Assembly: GCA_963758525.1 (NCBI GenBank)
Contig: CAVWVQ010000003.1
Span: 3,968,001-4,032,000 of the forward strand
Source of the DNA: an uncultured Phycisphaerales bacterium
GTDB lineage: Bacteria > Planctomycetota > Phycisphaerae > Tepidisphaerales > Tepidisphaeraceae
Reading direction: 5' to 3'
DNA: 64,000 nt
Shown: positions 50,998-63,330 of the stretch, piece after piece
Layout: each line of letters opens with the position of its first letter
How positions within the stretch are numbered: position 1 is the stretch's first letter
Notes under the pieces: model-generated
Told to the model about the DNA's origin: nothing
Databases searched by the model: none
What the model saw: the letters and a program-made list of their open reading frames with translations, nothing else
Translations under genes and position numbers: made by a program

Positions 50998-52461
50998 TCA
51001 TTGAGCGGGTTGGGCCGATGGAGGCGGATAATTCTTCGCCGCGTCGTCGATCACGACTACCCAATCCTCGCCGGACGGCCTCTTTGCCAACTCGAGTTTG
51101 CCCGGATTTGGCGCGTGGTTCATCAGCGGTTCGCTCTGGCCCGTTTCCGGACTGAACCATAACGCATTCAGGAATTTCGCATCGATCACGCTTGTGTTGA
51201 CGGTAATTGCCTGCGGAGCACTCAGGTACACCATGATGTAACTTGCACCCTTCCCCCCGGCGATCACGTCCCGGGTCGCCTGCACGCGGTCGGCGATCTT
51301 TTTCCCCTGCCCGGCAAGAATCAAACTCTGATCCGGAATGCGCTGCAGATACGGACGCGATGAGAGAAGCGGTTTGATGTACTGCAATTGATCCACCGCT
51401 ATGGTGTCCAACGCTAGGGTCCATTTGGAAACGTCGGGCGGCCAGCCTTTGAGCATCCACGGCTGCGCCGTGTGCGGCGTCATCTGCCATAGGGCGTTGT
51501 GCCCGTACGCATAGCCGAACGCGCCGGCAAAGACCGACAAATAGAGCGATCTTCTCTGAATGACCGGCGGCTCGCGGGTACCAATCTCATAGCGGTGTTC
51601 GGCAACCATCGTCGGCTTCAACGCCGCCAACCCGAAATCCGCGGCGACGTGCCTGGTAAGATCCGCGGACTCGCCCCCCTTCCCTGACTTCACCTGCGAC
51701 ATATAAAAGTCGAGCCAGGGCGACGCCTTGGCAAGCGATTGCGACGAAGAGCGATCGGAACACGGATGAACGGCCACCAGATTCTTTCCCTCGCACCCGT
51801 CCTTCAAACCGCTGCCGATCGCGTTGACCCGATCGACCTCGACATTTGGAGGCGTGGACTCTCCGCCGGCAACAAGAATCACATTGGCCCGGGTCTTGTA
51901 CCTGGCTCCCAGTTTCAATCCGATCGTGTGCAACTGATCGAGCGAGTAGGTGTTCATCGTTCCGGAAGTCTTGCCGCCCCACATTGCATAGAGCATCACG
52001 TACATGCCTAATCCGGCGGATTCGTCCACGATCCGGTCGCACCACGCGAAATATGCCGGGTTCAGATCCGTCTTCTCCTGCCCGCCATAAGCCCGCTGTC
52101 CGAATGCGTTCTCGCTGGCGGCCTGTGGATAAAAATCGAGACAAAACATGACACAGTTGAAGCCATGCCGGCGCCGGTCGTGGAGATAAGCGTCAATCTC
52201 TTCGTTGGTCAGCGCATTGAGGTTCCAGGCAGTGTCTGCCAACAGGAAAAAAGGGTTGCCGGTGCGAGCGTCGACAAGGAAATGGTGGTTATCGCTGACT
52301 TTCAGTCCATTGGGGGATGACGTCCCGGCCTGAGAATCGGGAGGCGATGTCGGAGGCCTCTGCGCTGCGGCGACGGCAACCTGTGCAAGGAGGATGCCCG
52401 AATAGGAGCAAAGAACAATGATCGCCCGAAAACGTTCACCGAGCGACGAGAGATGAGTCAT
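50998..52461 (-). CDS. DUF4038 / apiosidase-like (GH140-like) glycoside hydrolase with C-terminal beta domain; start uncertain
   Basis: PFFLLADTAW, YL..R...GFN, KPT...E..YE, G.AYGHN.LWQ, RIPDQS and WF.P.TG...DWVVVI. Confidence 0.8.
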   Translation of the reverse strand: MTHLSSLGERFRAIIVLCSYSGILLAQVAVAAAQRPPTSPPDSQAGTSSPNGLKVSDNHHFLVDARTGNPFFLLADTAWNLNALTNEEIDAYLHDRRRHGFNCVMFCLDFYPQAASENAFGQRAYGGQEKTDLNPAYFAWCDRIVDESAGLGMYVMLYAMWGGKTSGTMNTYSLDQLHTIGLKLGARYKTRANVILVAGGESTPPNVEVDRVNAIGSGLKDGCEGKNLVAVHPCSDRSSSQSLAKASPWLDFYMSQVKSGKGGESADLTRHVAADFGLAALKPTMVAEHRYEIGTREPPVIQRRSLYLSVFAGAFGYAYGHNALWQMTPHTAQPWMLKGWPPDVSKWTLALDTIAVDQLQYIKPLLSSRPYLQRIPDQSLILAGQGKKIADRVQATRDVIAGGKGASYIMVYLSAPQAITVNTSVIDAKFLNALWFSPETGQSEPLMNHAPNPGKLELAKRPSGEDWVVVIDDAAKNYPPPSAQPAQ

Positions 52462-52761
52462 TTGACGCTTTCGGTTGAGATGGTGCTCGCAACGGGCAAT
52501 TTCGGGGATTTCGGTCGCCGCTGGCCGAAGCAGTAAGAAAATGGGCATTTTCATAGATGAGAGAGCGCCTAAATTATCAAAAGAATGGCTTTCTGTCTTT
52601 CACGGGACTCAATTTACTACAGAAAACGGGCATTCTGCACTTTTGCAATGAATTGTTTTTTTTCTTGTCTTACAGCACAGATGTTGTAATGTATCTGCTT
52701 GACGTACGGACTTGGGCAGGTCCATACGGGGTGAAGCCTCATCGCGGCGGAGGAGAATAGC

Positions 52762-55700
52762 ATGGCGGCAGGAACACGTCTGGCTCCCGGTCAGACTGTC
52801 GGTAATCGGTATCCTAAAGAATACTCGGCTCTGAGTCGGCGACGCAGACTGAAGCTCGCGGCGGCGGTTCTGCCATTGTCGGGGATGATCCTGAGCGGTG
52901 AATCCGCGCGGGCGCGACCAGAATCAAGGCTGACACCAACACATTAAACCTCGGTACGGACTGGATCGGTAACACCGCGCCGACCGCGGCGGACGTCGCT
53001 TCGTTCGACACCACGATTTCGGGCGGCAACATCGGCAGCCTCAGCCTGGGAGCCAACCTGAGCTGGCAGGGGCTGACGATTGGCAGCGTCAACGCGGATG
53101 CGGTGATCACCGCCGGCAACACGCTCACGCTCGGCAGCGCCGGCATTAACATGAGTGCCGCCAGCAACAATCTGGAAATCAGCTCGGGACTCACGCTGCT
53201 GGCAAATACGAGCCAGCTCTGGAACGTTCAGACGGGTCGTACGCTTACCCTGGATACCGGAACCTTCACGCGCAGCGCCGGCGCAACCCTGAATGTGCAG
53301 GGCGCGGGCACCGTCGCCACTTCCAATATCTCCAATGACGCGACCGGCATCATCGGCGCGTGGGCGAGCTTCGGCACCGGCGGATCCACGAAATATGCGA
53401 CCGTCAGCGGCGGTAACATCGCGGCTTACACCGGCACGGCAGCGGCCGACGGGTCGGGACTGACCGACACCACCGGAACTGTGAACTACGATCTGGCGAC
53501 CTTCGGGGGCACGGTTCCCGCCACCGTTTCGGCAAATACCATCCGCTACACGGGCGCTAGCGGCACGACGGCGCCCGGGGCCACCTCCTTTTCCGTCAAC
53601 GGGCTGATGAACGCGGGCAGCGGGGCATGGACCATCGGCACCAACACGCTCACGATCGGCGGCAACAAGGAGCTGATCGTCAACTCGGCGAACAATGCCA
53701 TCACCATCTCGAGCATCATCGCCAACAACGGCGGCGGAGCTTCGTCGCTGACAGCCACCGGCGGAAATATCCTCACCCTCTCCGGGGTGAACACGTTCTC
53801 CGGCGGTCTGACAGTCGATAATGGGGCCACTGTCACGGCCGGCACGTCAGCAAATTCGACGGGCTCGGGCGGCGTGGTGGATAACGGCACATTGAACCTC
53901 ACGGTCGGCGCCGTGACGTATACGGGTCTTTCCACCAGTTTGGCGGGCTCGGGCGTGGTAAACGTCACGCTGGGCACGGGAAGCAATACGACCGTCCTCA
54001 GCGGCAATTACTCCGGTTTCACCGGCACCTGGAATATCGGCGTGGGCGCCACCGCGGGGGCCGGTAAAGCGCAGATGACCGGCGCGGACAATGCGGCGGC
54101 AACCATCAACGTGCTCGCCAACGGCACTGTATATGCTTCCTCCTCAACGACGCATAACGCATCGATCGTGCTCAACGGCGGTGACACGGGTGAATCGTAC
54201 GGCCAACTCCGTCTCGAAGGCGGCGCCAACTGGGCCGGTTCCGTCACGCTCGCCGGGGCAATCACGGGGAGCGGCGACGCCTTTATCGGCGGCAATGGCA
54301 CCGGCACGATCAGCGGCAACATCGGAGAAACAGGCGGACCGAAAGTATTGAGCGTCATCGGCTCCGGGACCATGACCCTCTCGGGCTCAAATACGTATTC
54401 AGGCGGAACGGTACTCAATGGTGCCGGCACGCTGAGTATTTCCAGCGACGGAGCGGGGGGCAGCAATACCAACCTCGGCGCAACCACCTCAGGCATCACC
54501 TTCAACGGAGGTGCCCTGCAGATCACCGGCACCGCCATCACCGGCTTCGGCTCGCACACGCCGACGATTAATGCCGGGAAAGTTTTCTCGTTGGACATCA
54601 ACAACGCCGCCAACACCTTCACTTACAACACTGCAATCACGGGCACGGGCGGCATCACCAAGAACGGCGCGGGCACGCTCACCCTCGGCGGCAAGATCAC
54701 CGAGACAACCGCAAACGGCATCATCACAGTCGGTGCGGGGACGCTCAATCTCACAAACACAGGTGGCAACTCCGCCACGCTCGTGAATCTCAACGCCGGC
54801 ACGATCGACATCGGCGCGGGCAACCTCACGATTACTCCCAGCACCGCTGGAGGCAACGTCCTTCAAAGCACCGCGATCACGGGAACGGTAACGGTCAATG
54901 CCACTGGCGGCGGCGCATTGATTCTGACGCAGAACAACGCAGCTGACGGCGGAAACGTCGGCATCGCCAACGGCGGAACGCTGGCGATCAACGCGAAGAT
55001 CACTGGTGCAAACGCGTTTGAAGCATATAACAGCAACAATGGAACCGGTGTCGTCGTTCTGGGTAATGCAGCCAATGATTTCACCGGCAACGTGCTGATC
55101 AATTCCGGTGTCCTCCAGGTCACAAGTGTCGGAAATCAAAGCTCGACGACCAGCAACCTTGGAGCGGGAACGACGATCAGCTTCGGCAGCACGAGCGCCT
55201 CAACGGGCACATTAAAATATATTGGCACCGGCGAAGTCAGCAACCGCATCATCAATCTCAGCGGCAGCACTGCCGGGGGCACTCTCGATGCCTCGGGCGC
55301 CAGCGGCACTTTGGAATTCTCCAGCAATCTGACCGCTGTTGCGGGTGCGAAGACCCTCACGCTGCAAGGCTCGGGGCTCGGCAAGTTTTCCGGAAATCTG
55401 GTCAACGGCAGCGGGACCGTTGCCATTGCCAAAGGCGGTGCCGGGACTTGGACGCTGAGCGGAGCCGCAAATACGTATGGCGGCGGAACAACCGTCAATC
55501 TTGGCACCTTGTCGTTCGCGGGAGCGGGGGCATTCCCCACCAGTTCCAACCCCGTCACACTCAACGGCGGCACCTTCCAGATTTTGCAGGACGGAGCGGG
55601 CAGCGCCGGAACCATCTCACTCGGCAACGCGGTAACCGTCGCCACCGGCACAACCCTAACAGTCGCCGTCGGCAACAACACCGGAAATACTGGCAACACC

Positions 55701-58700
55701 GTGGCGTTCGGAGCGCTCAATAACGGCACCACCGCCAATAACCTGACCAGCACCATCAACTTCACCGGCGCCAACAGCTATCTCCAGTCATACACCAGCC
55801 TCGGACTCTCAGGATCGTCCGGCGGCGCGACGACTCTCGCGCCCAGCACGGGTGTAACCATTTCTGGAAATGTGACGAACCAGGAATCCGGTTCCGTTAC
55901 CGGCCACTATGACACCCTTGTCCTCGACGGGACGAGCACCGGCAATGCGATCAATGGCACCATTGCGGACAGTGGCGGTTATGCCAGCGTCGGCAACGGC
56001 GACACCCGCGTCACCAAACAAAACAGCAGCACTTGGACGCTTGCAGGCTCGAACACCTACCACGGCGCGACCACCCTGACCCTCGGTACCCTGAACCTCA
56101 ACAACAACTCCGCTCTGGGCTCCAGCGTCCTCACCGTCAACGGCGGCGGCATCGATAACACTTCGGGCACCGCGAAGACGCTGGCCAATCAGTTTATCAT
56201 CGGCGGAAGCTTCGCCGTCTTCTCAGGCGGGGAGACTGCCACCAGCAATCTGACCTTCAGCACCGCCTCAACCACGACCACGGACATCAGCAAGACGATC
56301 ACGTTGAACGGCACCGGCACGACACTGGATCTCGGGCAGATGACGCTGACCAACAATAACAACGCCGGCCGCACGCTTACGGTCAATGGCGCGGGGAACA
56401 CGCTGGTTCTCGGGGCCTTGAACCTGGACAGCGGCGGCAACACGGCAAGCACGCAAATCATCAACGGAAGCGGTAACGTAACCATCAATGGCGCAGTCGC
56501 TACCGGCACCTCCACCGTCGCACAAAGCCTCAGCTATTCCGGCACCGGCACGCTCTCGCTCGGCGGGGCAAATTCGTATGCGGGCGCGACGACGGTGAAC
56601 AGCGGCACCATGGATTTCACCGGCGGCACCAGCACCGGCAGCACGTCGCTCGTCGTTCATGGGACGACAGCCGTTCCGGCGGCGTTTAAGATCGAAACCG
56701 GTGCGTCGGAGACGATCGCCGGTGGTATTGCGATCGCTCAAGTGACCGGCGACACCAACGGCTCGCTCACCATCGCCGGCGGGACCCTGGCCGAGACGGG
56801 CGCTAACGCTTTCACCGTGGGTGACAATAATGGTGGAAACGGCGGCACCGCAAGCGGCAGCGTCACGCAAACCGGCGGCACGCTGAACCTTGGCACCGTC
56901 GGCACTCCGAGCGGCTACGCCTCTGTCGGCGCGGCCAACGTGGGTACGTACACGCTCAGCGGCGGGACCATTAACTCTTACACGACTGCCGGGTTCAACA
57001 TTGGCGACCGCACCGGCTCGACAGGCACCATGACGGTCAGCGGGACCGGCGTGTTGAATGTGCTTACCAGCGACGGACTCTACATCGGCAAAGGTGGAAC
57101 CGCCGCCAACACCAGCGCGACCGGCACTTTGAATGTGAATAGCGGCGGGGCAGTCAACACTCCCAAAATCAGCTTCGGAAATGCCGCCGGGACCACCGGC
57201 ACCAATGTCGGCACGCTCAATCTCAACGGCGGCACGCTGACGGTGGGAACCTCCGGCATCAGCAAAGTCGGCAGCATGTCCAACCCGACAATTCATATGA
57301 ACGGCGGCACGCTCAAATCGAGCGCTGCCTTCGCCCTCGGCGCCAACATCGTTATTGATGTTGATACCGGCGGCGCGTTTGTGGATACCACCGGCGGTAC
57401 GATCACCGCCAGCAGCGCGTTTCTCCTCGGCAACGGCGTGGGGGCCTTGACCCTCACCGGGGGAAATTCACTCATCCTGCCCACGGGCAACACGTATACG
57501 GGCACCACGACGATTACAGGCTCTGCCACCACGCTCAAGTTCAGCGGCGCAACCTCGCTGGTCAACAGCGTTGCAATTGGGACCACCGCCCTTTTCGACC
57601 TGAATGGCAACAGCCAGTCAGTCGCGGGGCTCAATAACGTAGCCGGGGCCGGCGGGGCAGTGATTGCAACGGGAACGGCGGGGAAAACCCTCACGTTGAA
57701 CGGCAGCGGAGCCTACAGCTTTGCCGGCGTCTATTCCGGCGGCGTCGCCGCGGGAACCTCGGGAACCGGCACCCTCACCGTCGCTCTCACCGGCGGCGGT
57801 TCGCAGACCCTCACGGGCGCAAATACGTATACGGGCGCGACAGCGGTCAACAGCGGATCGCTCATTCTCGGGAGCGGCGGCCGCCTCGCCGCGACGGCCG
57901 TGACGATTGCCAGCGGCGCGACTCTCGCCGTCACTCCCGGCGTTGCCAGCGCAACCAATGCGGTGAGCACCTCGTCGCTGGCGTTAAATTCCGGCAGCAA
58001 CTTCAGCATGGCAGACGGCGTCGCGAGCACCGCGACCGTCGGTACCACCGGCACGCTCAGCGGCGCCAACTTCACGTTTGACCTGGGTGGCAGCACCACC
58101 GCAACCGATACCCTTACGATCGGTGGCGCCGTGACCCTGGCAGCGGGCAACACGATTACGATTAACGGTTTCGGCACGACCGCCCCCACGGCTGCCAGTT
58201 ACACTCTGATCGGAGGCGCATCGGGACTCGGGACCGCCGCCGATTTTACCCTGACCAACACCAGGGTGGCGTTCAACGGCTCTTATTATCCGATTTCGCT
58301 TAGCAACTCTGCGACCGCTGAGAAACTGGTCGTTGGTGCCGCCGGCTCCGGTGCCCTCTACTGGAATGGCACGACCTCGCTCTGGAACAGCACAACAAAC
58401 TGGAACACCGATGCCACGAGCAGCACCAACGCCGGGGCAACTCCGACCGGTGCTACCGATGTCTTTTTCTCCACTACAACTCCGTCGCCGGGGAACCTGA
58501 CCAACACGCTCGGCGTCGCGACCGCAGTCAACAGCATCAATTATTTGAGTACCAGCGGCGCGGTCACCATCGGCAACAGCGGCACTTCCTATGGCCTGAC
58601 AATCGGCGCAGGCGGCATCAGCGATGCCAGCGCAAGCGCCCAACTCATCGGGACCAGCGCACAATCACCCTTGCAGCGGCGCAGAGCTGGAACAACAGCA

Positions 58701-61700
58701 ACGGCGGCACTTTGACCGTCACCGGTGGCGTGACTGCGGGCGCCAACCTGCTTACCTTTGCTGGAAGCGGAGCGACCACGATTTCTGGAGCGACCGCTTT
58801 CACAACCAGCGTCGGCGCTACCGTCAACAGCGGCGCCGGCGCGGTGACGATTTCCTCGCCCATCACCGTTGGCGGAACTTCCACGTTCACCAACAACAGC
58901 GGCAACACGCTCGCCCTCGGAGCGGTAACCGCCGCAGGCAACGCCCTCACCGTCACGGGTTCCGGAGCGGCAACCCTTGCATCGCTCAGCAGCACGGGCA
59001 ACGTGACGTTCAGCCAGACGGGCGCAATCGGAGTCACGGGCAACATCAGCGGAACGTCAACCCTGACAACAAGCGGCGGAGCCTTGACGCTGGGTGGAGC
59101 CACCAACGTCGTCAAGACGCTCAACATCAACAGCACCGCCGTCGTGGATATTGGCTCGGGCAGCCTTTCCATCAGCAATTCGGGGAGCACGACGCTCACA
59201 TCGTCCACCGGCGGCACTCTCAACGCCACGGGCGGTGGTGCGATCACCATCTCCACCGCCGGCGGCACAAACTACGGGGACAACAAAGTGGCCGCCGGGA
59301 AAACGCTGACGGTCAATGCCAAACTAACCGGTAGTGGAGGTTTCGAGATTTTCGGCGACACCGGAACGTTCGTCCTGGCCAACAACGCCAATGACTTCAC
59401 CGGAGACATTCTCTACAGCAATGCCGGCACGATCAGCGTTTCCTCGATTGGCAATGCGTTAGCGGCGGGCGGAATTGGCGCGGGAACCAACCTCTTATTC
59501 ACTTCTAACGGAACATTGGCCTACACGGGCGCGGGCGAGAGCACCAATCGCGTCATCCAGCTGACCGGCGGTGCAAACATCGGCGGAACCATCGACGCTT
59601 CCGGCACCACAAGCAGCGGCAGCCCGCTGAAGTTCACCGCCAACGTGCAAAACAACGCGTCGGCCGCGGGAACCAACCTGCTCACGCTGCAGGGCAGCGG
59701 GTTCGGAGAAATCGGCGGCACATTAACCGATAAGACGGGCGCTCCGACCTTCAAGACCGGAATCAACAAACTGGGCACGGGCACGTGGACCCTTTCGGGG
59801 GCAAACACATATACGGGCGTCACGGCGATTGCAAACGGCACATTGATCGTGACCGCGGCCGGAAATCTTGGCGCTGGCGCACTCTCGATGGGCACCGGCT
59901 CCTCCGGCAGCATCGGCACGGTTGGCAACCTCACTCTGAACAACAGCACGACGGTGAGCAGCCTTGCGGTTCAATCCAATACGTCGGATACGACAACATC
60001 GACGAACATCGAGCAACTCCTCATCGCCAGTGGCAACACCCTGACGGTCAGCGGGGCCGCAATCGTTGGGGTCACGGGCGGCGCCTCCGCGACCAACACG
60101 GCGTTGAGCACCGGCGCCACGGCCGGCGCGGGCGGCACTTTGACAGTCAACAACTCCTTCACGGCCGGAATCGCGGCGACCAGCGCCGTCGGGAACAAGA
60201 CCGTGGTAGACCTTTCGGGCCTGAGCGCCTTCAATGAAAATCTGGTCGGCGGATCGCTGCTCGTTGGGTTTGGTCAGGACGATGGGGCGACGATGACCCT
60301 GGCTGCCACCAACACGATCAACGTGGCCACGATTTCGGTCGGCGACAGCAACGGAGCGAACTACGACCTGGCGACCGGCGCGGTGAGCACCCTGAATCTC
60401 GGGACCGGCGTGAACACGCTTCACGCCAGCACGATCACATTGGGCACCGGCAAGGGCGGCGGCGTGTTGCAGTTTGCCGGCGGTAACGGTTCGGTGGCCA
60501 TTGATGGGACCGGAGGCTCGGGTACGTCGAATATCACGCTCGGTAACGCCAGTTCGGTCACCTCTCAGGGAGGACCGAGCGGACTGTTGTTGGCCGGCCA
60601 TAGCGCGACCGTCAGCGCGGGCACGGTAACGGTTGCTGAAAAGACCGGCAGCGTCGGGGGCACCGTCTCCGCGTCGGTAACATTCGATACCGGAACCTTC
60701 AATGCCGCCAGCATTCAGATGGCGCTGAGCACCGGCGCATCGGCTGCCACCGGAGGCGCCACCGGCACCTTCACCGTGGGCGGGCCGACCGCCAATTCTG
60801 CTGCCACCGGCATCGTAAACGACAGCGGCAACTTCATCCTCGCCGGGAATACCAACTCGACCGCCGGCGCGACCGGCATCTCGACGGGCTCCCTGATCAT
60901 CAACGGCGGCACCGTGAATGTGAACACCGCCGCCTCCGCGACGGGCGGCATCTTCGATACAACCACCACTACAACCGGAAGCAGCGCCACCACCCTGACG
61001 CTGGCCGGCGGCACTCTCGATCTTCACGGCGGTGTCATTGGTGGCACCACGGTGGGCGCCGGCAAGAAAAATATCGGCACCCTCAACTTCAAGAGCGGCA
61101 CCCTTCAGAATGTGGCCGAGATCAACGGCGGCGCCACGGCTCTGACCAAGATCACCGATGGCACCGCGACTGCCGGAACCCTGGTCCTCGCGGGAGTAAA
61201 CAGCTACTCGGGCGGAACGACGATCACCGCCGGCACACTGCTGGCGAACAGCACCGACACCACCAACGGGTCGACCGGCTCCGGAGCCGTATCGGTCAGC
61301 GGCGTCCTTGCCGGAACCGGCGTGGTCAAAGGGGACATCACCGTAAACAGCGGCGGACACCTCTCCGCCGGGGCCGGCGTCCCCCCGAATGGGACCACCG
61401 CGACCGCACCCGGCCAGCTTACAGCGAACACCGGGACCACGGCATTCGCCAACGGATCGAATTTCGACGTGAAGGTGAACGATGTTGCTGGCGCTGCCGG
61501 GACCAACTGGGACCAGGTGCTGATGAACCTTCTCTCCGTCAGCGGGACAGACACGATCAACCTGTACGGATTGACTGCCGGCAACGTCGCCGGGCCGACG
61601 CCCAACTTCAACGGCACCACCCCATTCACGATAACGATCGCAACGTTGACGGGCGTCACACAGAGCGCGCTGCAGACCGACATTGCGGCCCTGAGCCTGA

Positions 61701-61921
61701 ACACCAGCAATTTTACCGCCAACAATCCCACCGCCTTTGGCGACGGCTTCAGCCTGGTCGCGGTCGGGGATACGTTTGGCGGCAGCTTCCCGAACGGCTC
61801 CGACCTGCAGATCAATTACAACGCCACTCCCGAGCCGGGGACGGCGATGCTGGTTCTTGGTGGTGTTCTGCCGATGCTGATGCGCCGTCGCCGTCGGTCC
61901 CGGCAACTGCCCGCTCAATAG
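52762..61921 (+). CDS. Giant PEP-CTERM protein with autotransporter-associated beta-strand repeats (about 3000 aa); frameshifts near 52920 and 58655
   Basis: GGAG RBS and signal-like RRRRLKLAAAVLPL; many K.G.GT.TLSG.NTY.G.T repeats; C-terminal TPEPGTAMLVLGGVLPMLMRRRRR. Confidence 0.88.
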
Positions 61922-61992
61922 AAGAAGCCGGACGCTCCGGCCTTCACCCCTGCTATGACTTGTATTAGCGCGCTGTCTCGCTCAAGGCGAAG

Positions 61993-62114
61993 AACCGGGG
62001 GTGCAAGCACCGCCCGGCGTTCAACCCAACCGCTACGCACCGGTCCGGGAGGTCCGCTCATTCTCCAATAGCGGGTGGCGCCGGCGAACGCCGAGGGTGC
62101 TCGCGCCCTCGGTC
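61993..62114. repeat. REP-like pair related to the 2432-2687 unit
   Basis: aaccgggggtgcaagcaccgcccggcgtt (reverse orientation) and cgaacgccgagggtgctcgcgccctcggtc. Confidence 0.7.
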
Positions 62115-62285
62115 TCTTCGAAATCGAATGCAGGAATGCCACCGTGTGCGGGGAGAAGCTGCGCAGTTGGGATGTCCTCGATCAGTGCCGTCGGGTTGGG
62201 TCAGCACACTCGCCTCGGGCGGGATACCTTCTGCTCTACCCTTGGGATGTCAAAATAGCTTCGGCGATAGTTCAAAGTTTCGTAC

Positions 62286-62756
62286 TCACTTCAAATGCCA
62301 CAATATCGCCGGGCTCGCGCCTTCATTGGGGACCGCGACCAGGGTTTTGCCGTCGGGTGATAACGCAACGGTGGCGAAAACCGTCTCCTTGGAGAAGAGG
62401 CCGATCGTCACCATCGGCTTGCCCGTTTTGCTGTCGGCGACACACACACAATTGTCGGCCATCGTGTTCCATGTTCCGTAGGCAAAGCGACTGCCGTCGG
62501 GCGCGAACGAGGCTTGTTGCAGTCGATAGATCTCGTGCTTGTATCCCTCCAGCGTGCCGGCGGACTTGCCGTCGGCGGCGCTCCACAGTGCGATGTCGTT
62601 TGCCGCACCCGTCGCGATGAGTGTGCCATCCGGCGAGATCGCGGCCGTCTTGGCCCGCGCCAGTTGCACGGCATCCTTTACGGTGGGATCAGAGTACGCG
62701 GCCGAACACAAGAGGCACACCGCGCCAATAGCAGCGATGAGAAAACGAAGTTTCAT
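62286..62756 (-). CDS. Short secreted WD40-like repeat protein, possibly truncated
   Basis: Signal peptide; ISPDG..IATG, FAPDGSRFA and LSPDGKTL repeats. Confidence 0.7.
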   Translation of the reverse strand: MKLRFLIAAIGAVCLLCSAAYSDPTVKDAVQLARAKTAAISPDGTLIATGAANDIALWSAADGKSAGTLEGYKHEIYRLQQASFAPDGSRFAYGTWNTMADNCVCVADSKTGKPMVTIGLFSKETVFATVALSPDGKTLVAVPNEGASPAILWHLK

Positions 62757-62923
62757 GCATCCTCGCGACGTGATACTTCTCCCTCAATCGATCGTATGAG
62801 ATGGAGATTCTACACGACGTTGCTTTTCGTACGCAACGATACCTCTCTGCGTGCTCACTTTTGTGAGGCACGAGAGTCGCGCCCACACGCGGCAACTCAG
62901 AATGCGAAGGGGACACCACGCCC

Positions 62924-62961
62924 TTGACAAGGATGATATGTGTCACATAGTATGCAGCATA
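62924..62961 (+). promoter_or_regulatory. Sigma70-type promoter overlapped by two palindromes (candidate PadR operator)
   Basis: TTGACA-18 nt-TAGTAT; TATGTG-T-CACATA (62937-62949) and TATGC-A-GCATA (62951-62961). Confidence 0.65.
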
Positions 62962-62974
62962 GAGGTTATTCCAG

Positions 62975-63307
62975 ATGAAACTCGAAACTGAACTGATGCG
63001 GGGCGCGGGGCCATTGGCGGTGCTTCGGCTGCTTGAAGGGGGCGAGCGATACGGCTACGAGCTGATCGGTTTACTCGAACGTCGAACCGATGGCGTTCTG
63101 GCGATGGGGCAAAGCACGCTCTATCCGCTGCTGTACAACCTCGAGGCAAAAGGATTGGTGGACGCGCGCTCGGCGGTCGCGGACAACGGCAGGCCCCGCA
63201 AATACTATCGCCTGACCGAAAAGGGGAAACGGCGGTTGGCACGCGATCGCAAGCAGTGGGAGGCAATTTCCATTGCCATGGGCAAGCTGGGAATTGCCGG
63301 GGCGTGA
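62975..63307 (+). CDS. PadR-family transcriptional regulator
   Basis: YGYEL, TLYPLLYNLE..GLV and RKYYRLTEKG. Confidence 0.93.
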   Translation: MKLETELMRGAGPLAVLRLLEGGERYGYELIGLLERRTDGVLAMGQSTLYPLLYNLEAKGLVDARSAVADNGRPRKYYRLTEKGKRRLARDRKQWEAISIAMGKLGIAGA

Positions 63308-63330
63308 GTTCGTAAGAGGTGAAGAAACCC

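Noticed and set aside
2772..61921. Mass pseudogenisation or programmed frameshifting (sat, transposase, Hhe, nuoL/M, SGNH, DUF2950, anti-sigma, E2, PEP-CTERM)
   Set aside because: Scattered single-base shifts without in-frame stops in otherwise intact genes fit long-read indel error better; reads are needed to confirm.
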